Part shown: positions 58,885-64,000 of the stretch, one piece after another | Layout of the letters: each line of letters starts with the position of its first letter | How positions within the stretch are numbered: the first letter of the stretch is position 1 | Source: Actinomycetota bacterium | GTDB lineage: Bacteria; Actinomycetota; Acidimicrobiia; Acidimicrobiales; VFJN01 | Assembly (NCBI GenBank): GCA_049325515.1 | Contig: JBMOLI010000006.1 | Coordinates: 29,328-93,327, forward strand | Direction: 5' to 3' | DNA: 64,000 bases | Notes under the pieces: model-generated | Told to the model about the DNA's origin: nothing | Database searches by the model: none | The model's input: the letters and a program-made list of their open reading frames with translations, nothing else | Position numbers and translations under genes: made by a program

Positions 58885-60330
58885 ATGCATGCTCCGCCCG
58901 ACGCTCACCGCCATCGCCGGCGCCTGACCAGGTTCGTGGTCGGTCTCGGCGTGGCGACGGCCTCGCTGGTTGCCCTGGCCGGGCCCGCCATGGCTCAGGA
59001 CGAAGTCGACCCCGTGCAGGTCAACCTCGACAACGTCTGGGTCCTGTTGGCCGCCGTGCTCGTCATCTTCATGCAGGCCGGCTTCGCTCTCGTCGAGGCG
59101 GGCCTGACCAGGGCGAAGAGCGTCGCCAACATCATGATGAAGAACCTGATCGACTTCTGCGCAGGGGCGGTCGCCTTCTTCGCCGTCGGCTTCGCGATCG
59201 CGTATGGCGGGTCCTTCGACGGCTCGGGCAAGTTCTTCGGCGGGGACGGCTTCTTCCTCGGCGACGGTGCGTTCACGTACGGCAACCTGACGGTGCCCGT
59301 CTTCTTCATGTTTCAGGTCGCCTTCGCCGCTACCGCTGCGACGATCGTGTCCGGCGCGATGGCCGAACGGACCAAGTTCAAGGCGTATCTGCTCTACAGC
59401 TTCATAATCAGCCTCATCATCTACCCGGTGGTCGTCCGCTGGCAGTGGGGCGGAGGCTGGCTGTTCCAGGGCGAGTACCTGCCCACTGGCTTCCATGACT
59501 TCGCTGGTTCGAGCATCGTGCACATGGTCGGTGGCATCACGGCCTTCTGGGGCGCACGTGCGCTCGGACCGCGCATCGGCAAGTTTGGGCCCGACGGCAA
59601 GCCGCGCCCCATCCTCGGGCACAGCATCCCGTTCGCCATCTTGGGCTGCTTCATCCTCCTGGTGGGCTGGTACGGCTTCAACCCTGGCTCCGAGCTGGCG
59701 GCGGATGCCGCCATCGGTGGCATCGCGGTGACCACGACCTTGGCTGGAGCCATGGGAGCGCTCACGGCGATGACGACGGTTTGGATCCAGACCGGCAAGC
59801 CCGATGTCGGCATGACCGGCAACGGCTTGCTGGCGGGGCTCGTCGCCATCACCGCTGGCACCGCCGCGGTCACGCCGCAGGGCGCACTGATCATCGGCGG
59901 TCTCGCCGGGGTGATCGTGGTGCTGGCCGTCAGCTTCGTCGAGCGAGTGCTCAAGGTGGACGATCCCGTCGGAGCGGTCGCCGTGCACGGCGTGTGCGGC
60001 GCCTTCGGCACGATCTGCGTCGGCCTCTTCGCTCGGACAGACGCGGAGGGCTTCTGGAAGCAGGGCCTCTTCTATGGCGGCGGCACCGACCAGCTCGTGG
60101 CTCAGGTGATCGGCGTGCTGGCGATCGCCGCTTGGGTCTCGGTCACTGCGATCCTGTGCTTCGCGATCATCAAGGCGACGGTCGGCCTGCGCGTCACCGA
60201 GGAGGAAGAGCTCATGGGGCTCGACATCTTCGAGCACGGCTCCGCCGGCTACGGCGCAGACACCATGGCCGGAGTATCAGTGCCGGGCGCCAGCGCCATC
60301 ACTGCCCACGCCCCGTCGACGACGGGCTGA
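58885..60330 (+). CDS. amtB: Ammonium transporter Amt
   Basis: RBS AAGGAG; FMQAGF, GAMAER, DFAGSSIVH, GWYGFN, DDPVGAVAVHG. Confidence 0.95.
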   Translation: MHAPPDAHRHRRRLTRFVVGLGVATASLVALAGPAMAQDEVDPVQVNLDNVWVLLAAVLVIFMQAGFALVEAGLTRAKSVANIMMKNLIDFCAGAVAFFAVGFAIAYGGSFDGSGKFFGGDGFFLGDGAFTYGNLTVPVFFMFQVAFAATAATIVSGAMAERTKFKAYLLYSFIISLIIYPVVVRWQWGGGWLFQGEYLPTGFHDFAGSSIVHMVGGITAFWGARALGPRIGKFGPDGKPRPILGHSIPFAILGCFILLVGWYGFNPGSELAADAAIGGIAVTTTLAGAMGALTAMTTVWIQTGKPDVGMTGNGLLAGLVAITAGTAAVTPQGALIIGGLAGVIVVLAVSFVERVLKVDDPVGAVAVHGVCGAFGTICVGLFARTDAEGFWKQGLFYGGGTDQLVAQVIGVLAIAAWVSVTAILCFAIIKATVGLRVTEEEELMGLDIFEHGSAGYGADTMAGVSVPGASAITAHAPSTTG

Positions 60331-60345
60331 GAGAGGAGAACGAAG

Positions 60346-60687
60346 ATGCTCAGCCTTGTCACGGCTGTCGTGAAGCCCTACGTGCTCGACTCGGTGAAGG
60401 AGGCCCTCAAGGGGGCTGGCGTCACGGGCATGACGATCACGGAGGTGAAGGGGTTCGGCCGCCAGGGTGGCCACACCGAGACCTACCGAGGGGCCGAGTA
60501 CTCGGTCGACTTCGTGCCGAAGATCAAGCTCGAGGCCGTCGTGCCGACGAGCGAGGCGGAATCTGTGGCCGGGGTCATCGCCTCAGCGGCCAACACCGGG
60601 AAGATCGGCGACGGGAAGATCTGGATCACGTCCGTCGACCGCGTCATCCGGATCCGCACCGGCGAGATGGGCGCAGACGCCATCTGA
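60346..60687 (+). CDS. glnK: PII nitrogen regulatory protein
   Basis: [29 protein letters not shown]. Confidence 0.95.
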   Translation: MLSLVTAVVKPYVLDSVKEALKGAGVTGMTITEVKGFGRQGGHTETYRGAEYSVDFVPKIKLEAVVPTSEAESVAGVIASAANTGKIGDGKIWITSVDRVIRIRTGEMGADAI

Positions 60688-60694
60688 TCGGTGA

Positions 60695-60732
60695 CAGGGG
60701 TGGGAGCCGCCAGTGGTCGGCTCCCACCCCTG
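60695..60732 (+). terminator. Hairpin after glnK
   Basis: CAGGGGTGGGAGCCG-N8-CGGCTCCCACCCCTG perfect 15-bp stem. Confidence 0.65.
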
Positions 60733-60797
60733 CCCGCTGGTTCCCGACCCGCTCGCACTGGCCACACGGTCAGCCCCGGGACACTGCGTGGAGAGAG

Positions 60798-61130
60798 ATG
60801 CACGACACGATCCCGACTGATGAGGGTGCGCCGGTGCTCGACGAGGACGGGCTGCTCCGAGTCGGCGCGCGATGGGTCGCCATCCCGGACGCGCAGATCC
60901 CGGTCGTCAAGCTCCTGGTGGAACGCTTCGGAAGGGTCGTGAGGCGCGACGCTCTCGTCGGGGCCTATGTGGGCGCCGGGCACAGCGGCAACGAAGCCTC
61001 GGTGAGATCGCTTCTTGCGCGAGTGGCCCGCCGCATCGAACCGGTGGGGCTGACGCTCCACACCATCAGGGGGCGTGGCGTGATCCTGAGCCAGCAACAG
61101 AGCGATGTGGTGCGTGGTGATGCGCCGTGA
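60798..61130 (+). CDS. Stand-alone OmpR-type winged-helix DNA-binding protein
   Basis: LDEDGLLRVG.RWVAI, LVERFGRVVRRDAL, RVARRIEPVGLTLHTIRGRG; no receiver domain. Confidence 0.7.
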   Translation: MHDTIPTDEGAPVLDEDGLLRVGARWVAIPDAQIPVVKLLVERFGRVVRRDALVGAYVGAGHSGNEASVRSLLARVARRIEPVGLTLHTIRGRGVILSQQQSDVVRGDAP

Positions 61131-61152
61131 GGTCTTGTCGTGAGGTCCTGCC

Positions 61153-62601
61153 GTGAGTGACGGGATGCCCGTGCGCCGAACCTGGAGCGAGTCGCAGCGC
61201 TTCGTGCCGCGCACGATGGTCCAGCCGTTGCAAGAGGTGCTCCGCCACGAGGCCGCGGGTGGGCTGATCATGCTGGCCGCGGCGGTCGTGGCGATCGTGT
61301 GGGCGAACTCACCCGCTTCACAGAGCTACTTCGACCTGTGGGCGACGCCCTTGCGGATCGAGCTGGGCGAGCTGATCCACATCGACCACCTCACGCTCCA
61401 GGCGTGGGTCAACGATGCGCTGATGGCCGTGTTCTTCCTCCTCGTCGGCGTCGAGATCAAGCGCGAAGCAGTGCACGGCGACTTGCGCGAGCTGCGGTCG
61501 GTGGCTCTGCCGATCGTGGCGGCCCTCGGCGGGATGGTGGTCCCTGCTGCGATCTACGCCTCTGTCACAGCTGGTCATGCTGGTGGCGAGGGTTGGGGCA
61601 TCCCGATGGCCACCGACATCGCCTTCGCCGTGGGTGTCGTGTCCCTGCTCGGCCGCCGCGTGCCGCTGGCGGCAAAGATCTTCCTGCTGACGCTCGCCGT
61701 CGCCGACGACATCGGCGCGATCATCGTGATCGCGGTCTTCTACACCGGCGACCTGGCCTTCGGGTGGTTGGCAGCCGCCGCCGCCTCCCTGGTCGTCATC
61801 TTCCTCATGAGGCGCGGCGATGTTCAGTCACTCGCGCCCTACCTCGCAGTCGGAGCCCTTGCCTGGTTCGCCCTCCTCGAGTCCGGGGTGCACGCCACGC
61901 TTGCCGGCGTTGCGTTGGGTCTGCTCACGCCCGCTTGGCCGTTGCACTCACCGCGGCGCTACCCGGCGGAGGTGCGCCAGCTCGTCGACAAGATCGAGCG
62001 CGCCTACTACGACAGGGTGCTCACTCAGGAGGAGTTCGAGCACAACGAGCACCTGATCGCCGAGGTCTCGCGCCTGTCCGTGTACTCGACGAGCCCGCTG
62101 GCGCGTCTCGAGCGCGCGCTCTCGCCCTGGGTCGCGTACGTCATCGTGCCCACCTTCGCCCTTGCCAACGCAGGGGTCGTCATCTCCGCCGACACGCTTG
62201 GCGGCCTGCTGTCCAACCCCGTGACCCTCGGAGTCGGGCTAGGGCTGGTCGTCGGGAAGACGGTCGGGGTGTTCGGTGCGAGCTTCGTCGCCGTGAAGCT
62301 CGGCGTCGGCCGCCTGCCGACAGACACGACGTGGCGCCACCTGTTCGGCTTGTCGCTGTGCGCCGGCATCGGCTTCACCGTGGCCCTCTTCGTGGCGAGC
62401 ATCTCCTTGACCGATCCCGCACTGGCCGACTCGGCCAAGGTTGGCATCCTCCTCGGCAGCCTCGCCGCCGGCCTGCTGGGCTACGCCTTCCTCCGCGCGC
62501 TGCCCGCGCCCCATGACGACCTCGTGGGGTCGAACGATGTTGATCCAGATGTCGAGGCCGGTGACCCAGCGAGCCTTGGAGCTGTAGTCGCGATGCAGTG
62601 A
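61153..62601 (+). CDS. nhaA: Na+/H+ antiporter NhaA (second paralog)
   Basis: WVNDALM, GWGIPMATDIAF, AVADD, GIGFTVALF. Confidence 0.95.
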   Translation: MSDGMPVRRTWSESQRFVPRTMVQPLQEVLRHEAAGGLIMLAAAVVAIVWANSPASQSYFDLWATPLRIELGELIHIDHLTLQAWVNDALMAVFFLLVGVEIKREAVHGDLRELRSVALPIVAALGGMVVPAAIYASVTAGHAGGEGWGIPMATDIAFAVGVVSLLGRRVPLAAKIFLLTLAVADDIGAIIVIAVFYTGDLAFGWLAAAAASLVVIFLMRRGDVQSLAPYLAVGALAWFALLESGVHATLAGVALGLLTPAWPLHSPRRYPAEVRQLVDKIERAYYDRVLTQEEFEHNEHLIAEVSRLSVYSTSPLARLERALSPWVAYVIVPTFALANAGVVISADTLGGLLSNPVTLGVGLGLVVGKTVGVFGASFVAVKLGVGRLPTDTTWRHLFGLSLCAGIGFTVALFVASISLTDPALADSAKVGILLGSLAAGLLGYAFLRALPAPHDDLVGSNDVDPDVEAGDPASLGAVVAMQ

Positions 62602-62679
62602 TGCTCTGCGCCGCATCGGAACGACGGCCGATGCCGGCGACAGGCCACCCAGCCTGTTGAGCGAGGTCTGGGTGAAGGA

Positions 62680-63141
62680 TCAGGCACCCGGTCGGAAGAC
62701 CATCACTGCTACTGCGAGGACGAGGATCGACAGATCGACGCGCGCCACGAGGAAGCGGCGCCGGGTCCTGTCGCGGAGCTCGCCCGGATCGTGATCGGGC
62801 TGAAGTGCCAGCTGGGCCAGGCGTCGCCCTTCGGGGATGAGAAACGCTCCGCCGATGGTCCCGGCGATCGCAAGCGCCCCGACGCCAAGCAGTATCCATG
62901 GCTCCGTCCACCCGATCTGCTGGCGCTCGACGAGGGCCACTCCCGTGAGGAGGAGCACGACGGCCGCGGGGCCGAAGAGTCGCTTGCCAATGACTTCCGC
63001 ATCGACGGCGAACACGTCGACCACCGCGTCCGGTGTCGACGGGCGCACGCGTGCCGCCAACACCTGAAGTGCCAGAGCCGCGCCGATCCACGTGGCGCTG
63101 GCGAGGATGTGGAGTGTCAACAGGACCTCATTGATGCGCAT
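62680..63141 (-). CDS. DUF2269-like membrane protein
   Basis: LHILA..WIG, LLLTG, four TM segments, MVFRP C-terminus. Confidence 0.75.
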   Translation of the reverse strand: MRINEVLLTLHILASATWIGAALALQVLAARVRPSTPDAVVDVFAVDAEVIGKRLFGPAAVVLLLTGVALVERQQIGWTEPWILLGVGALAIAGTIGGAFLIPEGRRLAQLALQPDHDPGELRDRTRRRFLVARVDLSILVLAVAVMVFRPGA

Positions 63142-63275
63142 GGCTCGACCGTAACCACGATCGGCCTTCGGACCCGCTTCCCGCGCTTGGCCCGACCGTG
63201 AGCCAGACAGCGGTGATGAGCCATCGATCAGTGCAATTGCCTGCCGAGGGCACGGGGTGCAGCAGACTGACCCGG

Positions 63276-64000
63276 ATGCTGGGTCGTCGCCACCTGCTGC
63301 CCGCCATCGGTCGGGGGCTGCTCTCGATGCCCGACCGAGGCGCCCACGGCCTGATCATCCGGGAGCTCGACTCCTGGATCCGCTTGGAGTTCCTTGGTGT
63401 GATGGTGCACAGCGGTGTCGCGGACGCGCTGGCTCAACCCAGGACGGCCGAGGAGATCATCAGCGAGACCGCGACTGCGGATCATGAGCTCCTCGAGGCG
63501 CTTCTGGCGCTTGGAGTGTCGCTACGTGAGCTGCGGAAGAGCAATGGCCGTTACAGCATTCGCGGCCGACGACTGCGGGCCGTCACGGGCAACTCGTCGG
63601 ATCTGCGGGGCCTCGTGGAAGAGCTGGTCGTCTACGACAATCCGGTCTACAGCGCATTGAGGGCACACCTCCGCGGCCAACCCGCTCAGCCCTATGACGC
63701 CGATCACGGCGCGGTGATCGCCGCAGCATCACGGGTGGCGGAACCGATCTTGGGCCCCACGGTCAGGGCCTTCGCTGGTGAGGTACAGCCGGCGCGGGTG
63801 CTCGACATCGGGTGCGGCAGCGGCGTCTACCTACGACATGTCCTCGAGGTCGAGCGGGCTTCGATCGGTGTCGGCATCGACTTGGACCACGCGGCCGTGG
63901 CGGCTGCGGCTGTCCACCTGGCGGACCTCAGGGAGGACGCTCGCTGCGAGGTGCGCCACGGTGACATCGAGGCAGTCGCGGGGGATCTCGGCGAGTTCGA
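63276..64000 (+). CDS. Class I SAM-dependent methyltransferase with N-terminal HTH-like domain (3' truncated)
   Basis: My translation from ATG 63276 stays open and contains VLDIGCGSGVY and VGIDLD; absent from the ORF track because it runs off the window. Confidence 0.8.
   Translation, partial: MLGRRHLLPAIGRGLLSMPDRGAHGLIIRELDSWIRLEFLGVMVHSGVADALAQPRTAEEIISETATADHELLEALLALGVSLRELRKSNGRYSIRGRRLRAVTGNSSDLRGLVEELVVYDNPVYSALRAHLRGQPAQPYDADHGAVIAAASRVAEPILGPTVRAFAGEVQPARVLDIGCGSGVYLRHVLEVERASIGVGIDLDHAAVAAAAVHLADLREDARCEVRHGDIEAVAGDLGEF

Overview
High-GC actinobacterial chromosome; gene content and style suggest Acidimicrobiia (inference). No rRNA, tRNA, transposase, integrase or cas genes were seen. 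Main contents: (1) 1-12673, the tail of a 10-gene operon in which every gene overlaps or abuts the next: DUF58, a transglutaminase-like membrane protein that has lost its catalytic residues, a fused LivH-LivM permease, an MFS-LivF-LivG triple fusion, a cupredoxin-like lipoprotein without copper ligands, and several more lipoproteins. (2) Most of the steroid C/D-ring (HIP) catabolic set known from the mycobacterial KstR2 regulon, split over three loci: echA20, ipdABC, fadE31/32, fadA6, ipdE1, ipdF, and Rv3548c/Rv3549c-like SDRs. Its promoters carry a CTGAC-N5-GTCAG palindrome rather than the KstR2 box. (3) Three families of dispersed palindromic repeats plus a 24-bp direct-repeat pair. The main 63-bp family has 8 copies, mostly at gene 3' ends, and supplies the stop codons of three genes. 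(4) An ECF42 sigma factor and DGPF/YciI pair with their promoter. (5) A DtxR/MntR regulator coupled to a K+-independent H+-PPase. (6) A 1569-aa surface protein with near-identical 345-bp repeats. (7) An nhaA / amt-glnK / wHTH-nhaA cluster with GlnR-like boxes and a candidate nhaA leader RNA. All homology calls come from motifs and remembered family sequences; no searches were run.
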